Of a stretch of 64,000 nt of DNA, positions 1 to 9,550 are shown piece after piece. The stretch covers positions 1-64,000 of the forward strand of contig JAYKHR010000165.1 of NCBI GenBank assembly GCA_035285125.1, given 5' to 3'. The translations under genes were made by a program, and so were the position numbers. This DNA comes from Candidatus Sericytochromatia bacterium (GTDB taxonomy: Bacteria > Cyanobacteriota > Sericytochromatia > S15B-MN24 > JAQBPE01). The notes under the pieces are model-generated. The model was given only the letters and a program-made list of their open reading frames with translations, was not told the origin of the DNA and searched no databases. The stretch's first letter is position 1. Every line of letters starts with the position of its first letter.

Positions 1-910
1 GCGTGTCCATCCACGTGCCGAGCCCGTCGATCAGATCCGACACGATGCGGAAGCCGTGGTGCATCACGGCCGTGCACACCTGCACGCTGGTGGCGCCGAG
101 GGCGATGAACTCGGCCGCATCGCGCCAGGTGCTGATGCCGCCGATGCCGCTGATGGGCAGCCGGAACTCGGGGTGCCGGGCCAGGGCCGCCACCATGTGC
201 AGCGCGATGGGCTTCACGGCGGGGCCGCAGTAGCCGCCGTTGGTGCTCTGGCCGCCCACGTTGGGGATGGGCACCATCGCATCGAGGTCCACCGCCATGA
301 AGCTCTTGACGGTGTTGATGAGCGAGACGGCGTGGGCCCCACCCGCCTGGGCCGCCAGCCCGGGCCGCGTGATGTCCGTGATGTTGGGCGTGAGCTTCAC
401 GATCACGGGCACCGTGCTGGTGCGCATCACCCAACGCGTGATGGCCTCGAGCACGGCGGGCTCCTGGCCGACGGCCGAGCCCATTCCCCGCTCGCACATC
501 CCGTGGGGGCAGCCGAAGTTCAGCTCGAGCCCCTTCGCGCCCGCCTCGATGGATCGCTCGATGTTCTCCTTCCACTCCTCCTCCGTCTCGAACATCAGCG
601 AGACGACGGTGGCATGCTCAGGGTAGCGCCGCGTGACCTCCCTGATCTCGGCGTAGTTCACGTCGAGCGGGCGATCCGTGATGAGCTCGATGTTGTTGAG
701 CCCCATCAGGCGCGCGCCGCCCCAGTCGTTCGCGGCGAACCGCGCCGTGACGTTGCGGATGGGCGTGCCCAGGGTCTTCCAGACGGCCCCACCCCAACCC
801 ATATCGTAGGCCCGCATGATCTGCTTGCCCGTGTTCGTCGGGGGCGCGGAGGCCAGCCAGAAGGGGTTGGGGGCGGTGATGCCGGCAAAGTTGACGCGAA
901 GGTCGGCCAT
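1..910 (-). CDS. preA: NAD-dependent dihydropyrimidine dehydrogenase subunit PreA (3' end runs off the window)
   Basis: Absent from the ORF track because it has no stop in the window. Manual minus-strand translation from ATG 910 gives MADLRVNFAGITAPNPFWLASAPPT...GWGGAVWKT...NNIELI...ELNFGCPHGMCERGMG...VKLTPNITD...SLINT...GGYCGPAVKPIAL, which is typical PreA; it directly follows preT. Confidence 0.93.
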   Translation of the reverse strand, partial: MADLRVNFAGITAPNPFWLASAPPTNTGKQIMRAYDMGWGGAVWKTLGTPIRNVTARFAANDWGGARLMGLNNIELITDRPLDVNYAEIREVTRRYPEHATVVSLMFETEEEWKENIERSIEAGAKGLELNFGCPHGMCERGMGSAVGQEPAVLEAITRWVMRTSTVPVIVKLTPNITDITRPGLAAQAGGAHAVSLINTVKSFMAVDLDAMVPIPNVGGQSTNGGYCGPAVKPIALHMVAALARHPEFRLPISGIGGISTWRDAAEFIALGATSVQVCTAVMHHGFRIVSDLIDGLGTWMDT

Positions 911-930
911 GGTCGCTTCCTCTCTGGGGC

Positions 931-2244
931 TCAGGCGCGGAGGAAGGCGTCGAGGCCACGCGCGGCCCGCTTGCCCTCGGCGGCGGCGTTGACCACCTCC
1001 TTGCCACCATTGACGCAATCGCCACCAGCAAAGACGTGGGGCAAGGAGGTCTGCCCCGTCTCCGGGTCGACCACGACGCAGCCGCGCTGCAGCGCCAGCC
1101 CAGGCAGGCCCGCCAGCAGCGCCGCGAGCTTCTCCTGGCCCGTAGCCCGCACCACGAGGTCGGCAGGCAGCGTGAACTCCTCGCCCGGCAGCGGCTGCAG
1201 CGCCTCGTCGACGCGGGCGCAGCGCAGGCCCGTCACGCGCGTGTCGCCTTCGATGGCCACCGGCACGGCCCGCAGCTCCAGCACCACGCCCTCCTGCCGG
1301 GCATGGTCGAGCTCGTGCGCGTAGCCCGTCATGCTGGCCTCGTCCCGGCGGTACACCATGGTGACGCGCGCCACGCCAAGGTGGCGGAGCTCCCGGGCGA
1401 TGTCGACGGCGGTGTTGCCCCCCCCGATGACCACGGCGCTGCGGGCGTCGCCCAGCACGAAGGCGGGGTCGTTCTTGATGCGCTCGATCAGCGCCACCGC
1501 CCCCCACGACCCGGCCAGCGCCTCACCGGGGAGCCCCAGCCGGCTGTCGGGCCCCAGCCCCATGCCGAGGAAGACGGCGTCGAAGTCCCGGGTGAGGTCA
1601 TCGAAGGTGACGTCCTGCCCCACCGCCACCCCCGTGCGCAGCTCGATGCCCCCGACGCCCAGCACGTAGCCGACCTCCTCCAGCGAGGCCTCCGTCTGCA
1701 GCTTGTAGGGGGCGACGCCGGTGGTGTTGAGGCCGCCCGCCAGGTCGCGGGCCTCGAAGATCACGCAGGCGTGGCCGCGCACGGCCAGCTCGTGGGCCGC
1801 CGCCAGCGACGCGGGGCCAGCGCCCACGAACGCGACGCGCTTGCCCGTCGGCGGCTGGCGCGTCGCGAAGCGCAGGCCGCGGGAGAGGGCGAAGTCGGTG
1901 GCGTGGCGCTGCAGCCGCCCGATCATGATGGGGGGCTCGTCATGCGCGTTGTGCACGCAGGCCCCGACGCAGAGCACCTCGACCGGGCAGACCCGCGCGC
2001 AGGAGTGGCCGAGGATGTTGGCGGCGAAGATGGTCTTCGCGGCCCCGGCCACGTTGTCGGTGGCGATGCGGCGGATGAACTCCGGGATGTCGATGCCCGT
2101 GGGGCAGGCAGCGATGCACGGCGCGTCGCTGCAGTAGAGGCACCGGTGGGCCTCCGCCCGGGCAGCCGTGCGCGAAAGCGCGGGCTTCTGGTCCACAATG
2201 CGGGACTCGAGTCGCTGACCGGGCACCGGGGGCGTGGTGGTCAT
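931..2244 (-). CDS. preT: Dihydropyrimidine dehydrogenase subunit PreT (GltD-like Fe-S flavoprotein)
   Basis: EAHRCLYCSDAPCIAACPT and CARVCPVEVLC Fe-S motifs, GAGPAS and GGGNTA dinucleotide-binding motifs, FAGGDC; adjacent to preA. Confidence 0.88.
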   Translation of the reverse strand: MTTTPPVPGQRLESRIVDQKPALSRTAARAEAHRCLYCSDAPCIAACPTGIDIPEFIRRIATDNVAGAAKTIFAANILGHSCARVCPVEVLCVGACVHNAHDEPPIMIGRLQRHATDFALSRGLRFATRQPPTGKRVAFVGAGPASLAAAHELAVRGHACVIFEARDLAGGLNTTGVAPYKLQTEASLEEVGYVLGVGGIELRTGVAVGQDVTFDDLTRDFDAVFLGMGLGPDSRLGLPGEALAGSWGAVALIERIKNDPAFVLGDARSAVVIGGGNTAVDIARELRHLGVARVTMVYRRDEASMTGYAHELDHARQEGVVLELRAVPVAIEGDTRVTGLRCARVDEALQPLPGEEFTLPADLVVRATGQEKLAALLAGLPGLALQRGCVVVDPETGQTSLPHVFAGGDCVNGGKEVVNAAAEGKRAARGLDAFLRA

Positions 2245-2379
2245 GCGCGCGGAACCTCACTCGAAGGCCGGGAAAGCTACGCCAGCCGGGGGTGACACTG
2301 CAACACCCCCGGGGCCGGGGTGTCATCCATTGAACCCGGCAACCCGCGCGTCCTAACGATGCTGACGAGCCCCGCCGCG

Positions 2380-2408
2380 TTGACGCTGGCCCCTCGATCG
2401 CCTATCAT
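2380..2408 (+). promoter_or_regulatory. Sigma70-type promoter for tRNA-Gln
   Basis: TTGACG (2380) - 17 bp - TATCAT (2403), ending 13 nt upstream of the tRNA. Confidence 0.7.
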
Positions 2409-2421
2409 CGAGGCCTGGATT

Positions 2422-2493
2422 AGGGGCGTAGCCAAGTGGTAAGGCACCTGGTTTTGGTCCAGGCATTCCTAGGTTCGAGTCCTAGCGCCCCTG
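2422..2493 (+). tRNA. tRNA-Gln (anticodon UUG), CCA not encoded
   Basis: Cloverleaf: acceptor AGGGGCG/CGCCCCT, D arm GCC-AAGTGGTAA-GGC, anticodon arm CCTGG-TTTTGGT-CCAGG, T arm CTAGG-TTCGAGT-CCTAG, discriminator G followed by CCT. Confidence 0.97.
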
Positions 2494-2590
2494 CCTGAAT
2501 GGGCCCCCGCGAACGTCCTGAACGTCGGCGGGGGCCTACTCCTTTCCACCGTTTCTCTGCCTGCCGCGAGCAGGCAGCCCATCGGCCCCG

Positions 2591-3181
2591 ATGCTGGACC
2601 CCCTCACCTTGCTGGCCCTTGCCGTCGGCCTGGCGATGGACTCTTTCGCCGTTTCCATCGCGCTTGGCGTCTCGCTGCCCCGCGTGCGCACGAACCAGGC
2701 GCTGCGGCTCGCGCTGGCCTTCGGCGGGTTCCAGTTCCTGATGCCCGTCGTGGGATACCTGGCGGGCAAGAGCGTCGCGGGGCAGCAGTGGGTGGCAGAC
2801 TACGACCACTGGATCGCGTTCGGGCTGCTCGCGGCCCTCGGGGCGAAGATGATCCGGGACGCCGGCACGCCGGACGAGGACGAGGCGGGCACGGCTGGCG
2901 ACGGGGACCCCACCAAGAGTCCGCAACTCGTCGTGCTGGCGCTCGCCACGAGCGTGGACGCGCTGGCCGTGGGGCTCAGCCTGGCGCTGCTGCACGTCAC
3001 GATCCTGCTGCCGAGCTCGATCATCGGCCTCACGGCCGCCGCCTTCGCCATCGTCGGGGTGCATCTTGGGCACCGCCTCGGCCACCACCTCGAGAGGCGG
3101 GCCGAGGTGGTGGGCGGGCTCGCGCTGATCGCGATCGGCCTTCGCATCCTGCTCGAGCACCTGCTCGGGGCGTCCGGTTGA
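2591..3181 (+). CDS. mntP: Manganese efflux pump MntP family
   Basis: Two repeats with MDSFAVS and SVDALAVG motifs, FQFLMP, DHWIAF; about 6 TM helices. Confidence 0.9.
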   Translation: MLDPLTLLALAVGLAMDSFAVSIALGVSLPRVRTNQALRLALAFGGFQFLMPVVGYLAGKSVAGQQWVADYDHWIAFGLLAALGAKMIRDAGTPDEDEAGTAGDGDPTKSPQLVVLALATSVDALAVGLSLALLHVTILLPSSIIGLTAAAFAIVGVHLGHRLGHHLERRAEVVGGLALIAIGLRILLEHLLGASG

Positions 3182-3318
3182 CCCCACGGCGCCCCCCGGA
3201 CGCGCTTGCCGCGCCAGGGGCCGGCAGGGCCCGGAGGTGCTATACTGGGGCACCGCAGGGCCGTGGCGCGCACGGCCGCCAGCGGCGTCCCACCGGGCGC
3301 CAGGAGGACGAGCAGGCG

Positions 3319-4704
3319 ATGGGCCAGGCGTTGGTTGCGATCGTGATGGCCGCGGGCAAGGGCACCCGGATGAAGTCCGACCGCCCCAAGGTGCTCCACG
3401 AACTGGCGGGCGAGAGCCTGCTCGGGCACGTGCTACACACGCTGAGCGGCTTGCCACTGACGGGCACCTTCGTGATCGTGGGCCACGGCGCGGACCAGGT
3501 GCGCGCTGCCCTGCCGGCGGGCGTGCAGGCGGTCGAGCAGCGCGAGCAGCTGGGCACGGGCCACGCCGTGGACCAGGTGACGCCCTCGCTGGTCGGCCAC
3601 GACGGGGACGTGCTGATCCTGTCCGGCGACGTGCCCCTGCTCTCCGCTGAGACCCTGGCCGCGATGCACGCGCTCCATGTCCGGGAAGGGGCGGCCGTGA
3701 CGATGCTGTCCGCGGAGCTCCCCGACCCGACGGGCTACGGACGGGTCCTCAGGGACGCGAACGGTCGCGTCATCGGCATCGTCGAGCAAAAGGACGCCAC
3801 CCCGGCACAGCTGGCCGTGCGGGAAGGCAACCTCGGCACCTACCTCGCGAAGTGGCCCCTGCTCCGGGAGGCGCTCGCGAACCTCACGCCCAACAACGCG
3901 CAGGGCGAGTACTACCTGACGGACGCGATCGCGCACCTGGCCCAGGCCGGCCACCCCGTCGCCTGCCACGTCACGCCCGACCCGCTCGAAGGCGAAGGGG
4001 TGAACACGCGGGCGCAGCTGGCACGGCTGCAGGCTGCCTACCAGGCGCGCACAGCCGATCGCTGGATGGCCGCTGGCGTGACCTTCGTCTCGCCGGCCAC
4101 CACCATCGTCGGTCCCCGCGTCCAGCTCGGCCGCGACACGGTGCTGGAGCCCGGGACCATCCTGCTCGGCCGCACCACGGTCGGAGAGCGCTGCGTCATC
4201 GGCGCCCACAGCCAGCTGCGCGACGTGACGTGCGCGGACGAGGTGGAGATCCTCTGCTCTTACCTGACGGATGCGAGCATCGGCGAGGGAACGCACGTCG
4301 GTCCGTACGCTCACCTCCGGCAAGGCGCGGCCCTGGGGCGGAAGGTTCGCCTGGGCAACTTCGTGGAGGTCAAGAAGTCAACGCTCGGCGACGGAGCCAA
4401 GGCGGCCCACCTGGCCTACCTGGGCGATGCGACGGTGGGATGCGACGTCAACATCGGCTGCGGCGTGATCACCGTGAATTACGACGGCACCCGGAAGTCG
4501 CGGACCATCATCGAGGACCGGGCCTTCGTGGGCAGCAACTCGAACCTCATCGCCCCCGTCACGGTGGGTGAAGAGGGCTACGTCGCCGCGGGCTCGACCA
4601 TCACGATGGACGTGCCTGCCGGGGCCCTCGCCGTCGGGCGCGGGCGCCAGGTGAACAAGGACGGCTGGGTGGCCAAACGTCGCCAGGCGGCCCCACAGGC
4701 TTGA
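3319..4704 (+). CDS. glmU: Bifunctional UDP-GlcNAc pyrophosphorylase / GlcN-1-P acetyltransferase
   Basis: MAAGKGTRMKS, QLGTGHAV, GDVP, PTGYGR, GEYYLTD, hexapeptide repeats, GNFVEVK, NYDG. Start moved to ATG 3319, which follows AGGAGG; extended -10 TGcTATACT at 3238-3246. Confidence 0.97.
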   Translation: MGQALVAIVMAAGKGTRMKSDRPKVLHELAGESLLGHVLHTLSGLPLTGTFVIVGHGADQVRAALPAGVQAVEQREQLGTGHAVDQVTPSLVGHDGDVLILSGDVPLLSAETLAAMHALHVREGAAVTMLSAELPDPTGYGRVLRDANGRVIGIVEQKDATPAQLAVREGNLGTYLAKWPLLREALANLTPNNAQGEYYLTDAIAHLAQAGHPVACHVTPDPLEGEGVNTRAQLARLQAAYQARTADRWMAAGVTFVSPATTIVGPRVQLGRDTVLEPGTILLGRTTVGERCVIGAHSQLRDVTCADEVEILCSYLTDASIGEGTHVGPYAHLRQGAALGRKVRLGNFVEVKKSTLGDGAKAAHLAYLGDATVGCDVNIGCGVITVNYDGTRKSRTIIEDRAFVGSNSNLIAPVTVGEEGYVAAGSTITMDVPAGALAVGRGRQVNKDGWVAKRRQAAPQA

Positions 4705-4744
4705 TGGCGCCCGCGCCGTGCAGCACCGACAGGAGGGGAACCCG

Positions 4745-5725
4745 ATGAGCACCGCAACCCAGGTCGAACTGCCGGACAACCTAGTCATTCGCCGGGATAT
4801 CAAGCTGTTCAGCGGCTCCGCGAGCCCTGCGCTGGCTCAAGAGATTGCGGACTACCTCGGGGTGCGCCTCGGCGGCATGAAGATCGCCAACTTCTCGGAC
4901 GGCGAGATTTACGTGCAGATTCAGGAGAGCGTGCGCGGGGACGACGTCTTCATCGTGCAGCCCGTTTGCCACCCGGTGAACTACCACCTGATGGAGCTCC
5001 TGATCATGCTGGACGCCTTCAAGCGGGCCTCGGCCCGCCAGGTCACGGCGGTGGTTCCCTACTACGCCTACGCCCGGCAGGACCGCAAGGCGCACGGGCG
5101 CGAGGCCATCAGTGCCAAGCTCGTCGCGGACCTGCTGACGACGGCCGGGGCTGACCGCGTCCTCGCCATGGACCTGCACACCCCCCAGATCCAGGGTTTC
5201 TTCGACATTCTGGTGGACCACCTGTTCGCGTCGCCCGTCATCGTGGAGTACCTCCTCGGCAAGCAACTGGCAGACCCCGTCGTGGTCTCCCCGGACGTCG
5301 GCGGCGTGGCACGGGCGCGGGCCTTCGCGAAGAAGCTCGACTGCCCCATCGCCATCATCGACAAGCGCCGCACCGGCCACAACCAGGCCGAGGTCATGCA
5401 CGTGATTGGCGACGTGAAGGGCCGGACGGCCATTATGGTCGACGACATGGTCGACACGGCAGGCACCCTGGTGGCAGGCGCGGCGCTGCTGGCGCGCGAG
5501 GGGGCCAGCGCGGTCTACGCTGCCTGCACCCACGGCATCCTCTCGGGCCCGGCCGTGGAGCGGGTGCGCACCTCCAACCTCGTGGAGCTTATCATCACCA
5601 ACTCGATCCCGCTGCCCCCCGAGAAGCAACTGCCCAACATCACCCAGCTGAGCGTCGCGCCCGTGCTGGGCGAGGCCATCGTGCGCATCCACGAGGACAC
5701 GTCGGTGTCCACGCTCTTCGAGTGA
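4745..5725 (+). CDS. prs: Ribose-phosphate pyrophosphokinase
   Basis: FSDGE, YYAYARQDRK, DLHTPQIQGFF, VSPDVGG, VDDMVDTAGT; ATG 4745 after AGGAGG. Confidence 0.97.
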   Translation: MSTATQVELPDNLVIRRDIKLFSGSASPALAQEIADYLGVRLGGMKIANFSDGEIYVQIQESVRGDDVFIVQPVCHPVNYHLMELLIMLDAFKRASARQVTAVVPYYAYARQDRKAHGREAISAKLVADLLTTAGADRVLAMDLHTPQIQGFFDILVDHLFASPVIVEYLLGKQLADPVVVSPDVGGVARARAFAKKLDCPIAIIDKRRTGHNQAEVMHVIGDVKGRTAIMVDDMVDTAGTLVAGAALLAREGASAVYAACTHGILSGPAVERVRTSNLVELIITNSIPLPPEKQLPNITQLSVAPVLGEAIVRIHEDTSVSTLFE

Positions 5726-5735
5726 GCTGGGGCTG

Positions 5736-6362
5736 ATGAAGCTGGTCGTGGGCCTCGGCAACCCCGGGGCAGGCTACGCAGACACCCGCCACAACGTCGG
5801 CTGGCTCGTGCTCGACGCGCTGGCAGACGCCCTCGGGGCCGAGCCGTTCAAGGCCGACAAGCGCCACCGCGCTGAGGTGGCGGACGCGCGGGACGGTGCC
5901 CGGCGGCTGCACCTGGTGAAGCCCCAAACCTACATGAACCTCTCCGGCGAGAGCGTGGGCGCCCTGATGCGCTTCTGGAAGCTGACGCCGAAGGACGTGC
6001 TGGTGGTCTATGACGACCTCGCCATCCCGCTGGGCACCGTGCGCGTCAGGCCCGACGGCTCCGCCGGCGGGCACAACGGCATCAAGTCGCTGCTGGCCCA
6101 CCTCGGCACGCCCACCTTCGACCGGGTTCGGGTGGGCATCGGGCCTCAGCCGGCCGGCATGAAGAGCGAGGTGTTCGTGCTCGGGCGCTGGAGCCCCAGC
6201 GAGCGACTGCTCCTGCCGGAGGCCGTCAGGCTGGGGCTCGATGCCACGCGTGGTGTCCTGGCGGAAGGCGTCGAGCGCGCCATGGGCCGCTTCAATGGGG
6301 TGAAAACGGGACAGGAGCGCGAAATCCCGGCGGGGGGATCGCGCGAACGGGGGGAGCAGTAG
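5736..6362 (+). CDS. pth: Peptidyl-tRNA hydrolase
   Basis: [38 protein letters not shown]. Confidence 0.96.
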   Translation: MKLVVGLGNPGAGYADTRHNVGWLVLDALADALGAEPFKADKRHRAEVADARDGARRLHLVKPQTYMNLSGESVGALMRFWKLTPKDVLVVYDDLAIPLGTVRVRPDGSAGGHNGIKSLLAHLGTPTFDRVRVGIGPQPAGMKSEVFVLGRWSPSERLLLPEAVRLGLDATRGVLAEGVERAMGRFNGVKTGQEREIPAGGSRERGEQ

Positions 6363-6465
6363 TACAATAACGGCCGGTCCGGTTTCCAAGGCGGGCTTGC
6401 AGGGCGCGTTCCGGAAGGTTCAGCCACCCGCAGGTCCTCCGCCTCTCCCCCCACACATCGCAGCC

Positions 6466-7839
6466 ATGAACCGTCGCCACTTCATCCTCTGGTTGGGCTC
6501 TATGGGCCTGGCAACCGCCGCTGGGGCCCTGCTTGGGCAGGACCGTGCCCTTCAGGCGGCCCCATTGTCCCTCCCGCCCGGCCCCCGTCCCCGGCGGATT
6601 CCGCCGTCGCCCGGTGGGGCCCCTGCGCCCCTGGCGATCGTATACGACCGGGACTACCTCCTGTACGAGGGTCCCCGCGTCGGAACCGTCGGCGAGACCC
6701 CCACCCGGCTGCAGGCCATCGTCCAGCGGCTGACCGAGGTGGGCGTGAACGTGGAGACGCACCCGGTGCAGGAGGCCTCGGTCCAGCAGCTGCAGCGGGC
6801 CCACGCCGCGCGCTACATCCAGTACATCCGCAAGGCCTCCTACCTTCCGCAAGACGAGTTCGCCCTCATTCGCAAGGTCGAGCGCCGCATCGTCAGCCGC
6901 CCTGCGGAACTCACCACCCTGGCCTCGCCCACGCCGGATGCGCCGGTGCCCTCCCCCACGTCCACCCCGCGCTTCGAGCAGGTCGTGCGCTACGTGAAGG
7001 CCCCCGCCGACGCGCCCCGCCCCAGCAAGATTACGCCCTACAAGGCCGCAGCCCTCGGGGCCGGCGGGGCCGTGCGCGCCGTGGACGAAGTGATGTCCGG
7101 CAGGGCCCGGGCCAGCTTCGCCCTGGTGCGTCCCCCGGGGCACCACGCTCGCCGAGCCCGCAACATGGGGTTCTGCATCTTCAACAACGCGGCCGTCGCC
7201 GCCCGCCACGCCCAGGCGGAGTACGGCGCCCGCCGGGTGCTCATCGTCGACTGGGACGTGCACCACGGCAACGGCACCCAGGAGATCTTCTACAACGACC
7301 CGTCCGTGCTGTACTTCAGCACCCACCAGGAAGGCATCTACCCGAAGCGCACCGGGCGCGTGACCGAGGTCGGCGTCGGCAAGGGCAAGGGCTACAACGT
7401 CAACGTGCCCCTGCCGCCAGGCACGAACGACGACGGCTTCCTGCAAACCTACACCGCGCTGCTCGCTCCCATCGCCCGGGCCTTCCAGCCGGACCTCATC
7501 ATCGTCTCCGCAGGCCAGGACGCTCACCAGGGAGACTTCGTCGCGCGGATGCGCATGACGGAGCAGGGGTTCGCGCGCCTCACCCGGCTGGTCCAGGGCC
7601 TCGCGGCTGAGCTCTGCGACAACAAGCTCGTGCTGGTGCTGGAGGGTGGCTACAACCCCAAGACGGCCGCCCGCTCGGTGGAATCCATCTGTCGGGTGCT
7701 GCAAGGGCCCACCCCGCCGGAGGCCTCGGCGGAGCACGCAGGCAGGGTCTCGCCGGCGCTCGCCCAGCGCATCGCGGCGGTGAAGTCTGCCCACCTCGGC
7801 CACTGGCCGGCCCTGGCGCGTTCGGGCGACGGCGCATGA
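6466..7839 (+). CDS. Zn-dependent histone-deacetylase-family amidohydrolase with predicted Tat signal
   Basis: [38 protein letters not shown]-terminus [11 protein letters not shown] followed by a hydrophobic stretch and ALQA. Confidence 0.9.
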   Translation: MNRRHFILWLGSMGLATAAGALLGQDRALQAAPLSLPPGPRPRRIPPSPGGAPAPLAIVYDRDYLLYEGPRVGTVGETPTRLQAIVQRLTEVGVNVETHPVQEASVQQLQRAHAARYIQYIRKASYLPQDEFALIRKVERRIVSRPAELTTLASPTPDAPVPSPTSTPRFEQVVRYVKAPADAPRPSKITPYKAAALGAGGAVRAVDEVMSGRARASFALVRPPGHHARRARNMGFCIFNNAAVAARHAQAEYGARRVLIVDWDVHHGNGTQEIFYNDPSVLYFSTHQEGIYPKRTGRVTEVGVGKGKGYNVNVPLPPGTNDDGFLQTYTALLAPIARAFQPDLIIVSAGQDAHQGDFVARMRMTEQGFARLTRLVQGLAAELCDNKLVLVLEGGYNPKTAARSVESICRVLQGPTPPEASAEHAGRVSPALAQRIAAVKSAHLGHWPALARSGDGA

Positions 7840-8843
7840 GCCGGCGCGAGCCACCCGATGGCGCAGGCAAGCATCGGGTGCGCGTCGCGGATCAGGCCAA
7901 GATCATCGGCGCCTTCGTGAAGGCCTTCGGTGAGGCCTTCAGGACCAAGCGGGCACAGCGGCAGACCGTCACGACCCAGCTTCAGGAGACGCCGCTCGGC
8001 ACCTCCAAGCTCTGGGCCCGTCACGCGAGGCTCCTCATGGAGGAGGACATCGCGCTGCTGATGGACGACATGGAGGCTCGGCTGGAAGCCCGTGACCCAC
8101 ACTCCCCGCTGATCCCCGAGAAGACCGAGGGCTACAGGTTCGTGATCCACCGCGGCCGGATGGCCATGGACGGCCCGAGCATCTCGGCGATGATGAACCG
8201 GCACGCCTACCCGCCTGGGGTGGCCGCCCCCCTACACGACATCCGCGTGACCTTGCCGTCCGGCACCGTTCAGCTGGAGGCCAACCTTCAGGCAGGGGGG
8301 TTCCTCAAGGTGGCCGTCCGGATGGTATTCGCGCCTGCGGCCACCATGGACGGCAAGATTGCGCTCTCGCCCCTCGAGGTGCGGGCCCAGGGTGTTCCCA
8401 TCGACAAGCTCATGGGGCTGCTGGGCGTGGAGCTGGGGCGCTTCGTGCCTGCCAGTGGCAAGATCCGCGTGGTGGACGGCACCTTCCACATCGATCCGGT
8501 GGGGATGATGCCCTCCCCGGAGACCGTCGGCCGCCTGGTTGAGGTGCGCGTCCAGGGCGACCACCTCGTGATGCGCTACGAGGACGGCAGCCCCTCGGAG
8601 GAGCCGGTGCTGGCCGACCCCGAGGCCGAGTCCTACATCGCGATGCTCGGTCACGACCTGCTCGTCGGCAAGGTGATGATGCGCGACGTCTGCCTGCAGA
8701 TGATCCCGCTCGACCCGGCAGCCTCGTTCATCGAGTTCGCGCTGCCGCACTACCGGGCCCAACTCGCTGCCGGCGAGAGCAGCCTCCGCTTCGGGGACGA
8801 ACTGCTGTACCGGATCCCGGCCGTCGAGCCGGTGCGCGGCTAG
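7836..8843 (+). CDS. Hypothetical protein (beta-rich; possibly LmeA/DUF2993-like, tentative)
   Basis: 335-aa ORF with typical codon bias; ATGA overlap with the HDAC stop. Confidence 0.7.
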   Translation: MSRREPPDGAGKHRVRVADQAKIIGAFVKAFGEAFRTKRAQRQTVTTQLQETPLGTSKLWARHARLLMEEDIALLMDDMEARLEARDPHSPLIPEKTEGYRFVIHRGRMAMDGPSISAMMNRHAYPPGVAAPLHDIRVTLPSGTVQLEANLQAGGFLKVAVRMVFAPAATMDGKIALSPLEVRAQGVPIDKLMGLLGVELGRFVPASGKIRVVDGTFHIDPVGMMPSPETVGRLVEVRVQGDHLVMRYEDGSPSEEPVLADPEAESYIAMLGHDLLVGKVMMRDVCLQMIPLDPAASFIEFALPHYRAQLAAGESSLRFGDELLYRIPAVEPVRG

Positions 8844-9313
8844 GGCTCCCCCGCCTCGCCGGCGAGTTCCTGAACCTCCGGCTCAGGCCGCCTGCGGCGG
8901 CGACGCGCGGCGCGCGGGGCGGCCTCACCGTGGTTGACGCGACGCCAGGCCCAGTCGGCGAGGACGGGCACCCGCGTGTAGGTGCCAGCGTAGGCGGCCC
9001 AGGCACCGTGGCCCGCCAGGGCGACACCGCCGCACAGCACCAGCAATATCAGCAGGCCGACAGCCAGGTTGAGCGGCAGGCCGATCCCCGGCACCGAGCC
9101 GAGCAGCGCCGACAGGGTGCTGGCAAGGACCAGCATCAGCACGGCGGCGCCCTGAAGCCCCAGGGCCATGTAGGCGTGGAAGGCCACCAGCCTGACCTCC
9201 CGCTGGCGGCGGGCGAGCAGCAAAGCCGGTGCCACCCCCGGCACGTAGGCCGCCGCTGCCGTGAGCCTTACGGCCTCGGCCCTCGGTCGTCGGTCGCGTC
9301 CGTCCTCGTCCAC
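8840..9313 (-). CDS. Small membrane protein, DUF4870-like
   Basis: Three TM segments with the pattern VAFHAYMAL...AWAAYAGTYTRVPVLADW; likely GTG start 9313 after GAGGGG. Confidence 0.65.
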   Translation of the reverse strand: MDEDGRDRRPRAEAVRLTAAAAYVPGVAPALLLARRQREVRLVAFHAYMALGLQGAAVLMLVLASTLSALLGSVPGIGLPLNLAVGLLILLVLCGGVALAGHGAWAAYAGTYTRVPVLADWAWRRVNHGEAAPRAARRRRRRPEPEVQELAGEAGEP

Positions 9314-9550
9314 CGCCGGGTCCCCTCTCGTCGCGATGCGCCCCGCCAGTTTAGCGTGGCTGGGCTTGGGACCGCACGCCACGCCGGCGGCTTGGCTCCG
9401 CGCGGCAGGTTTAACACAAATTTAAAGCACTGATAATTCCGCGAACGCAAGGCGGCGCCAGCCGGGCCGGATAACGTACTCAGCACGGCCAGGCTCTTGG
9501 ACGGGTGCTCTCGAGCATCCGAGTGCCGGGCCTTACAAGGAGACTCGCCC

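Noticed and set aside
2497..2590. Possible yybP-ykoY Mn riboswitch before mntP
   Set aside because: Two hairpins are present, but the conserved riboswitch sequences are not on the sense strand; the first hairpin is more simply the tRNA terminator.
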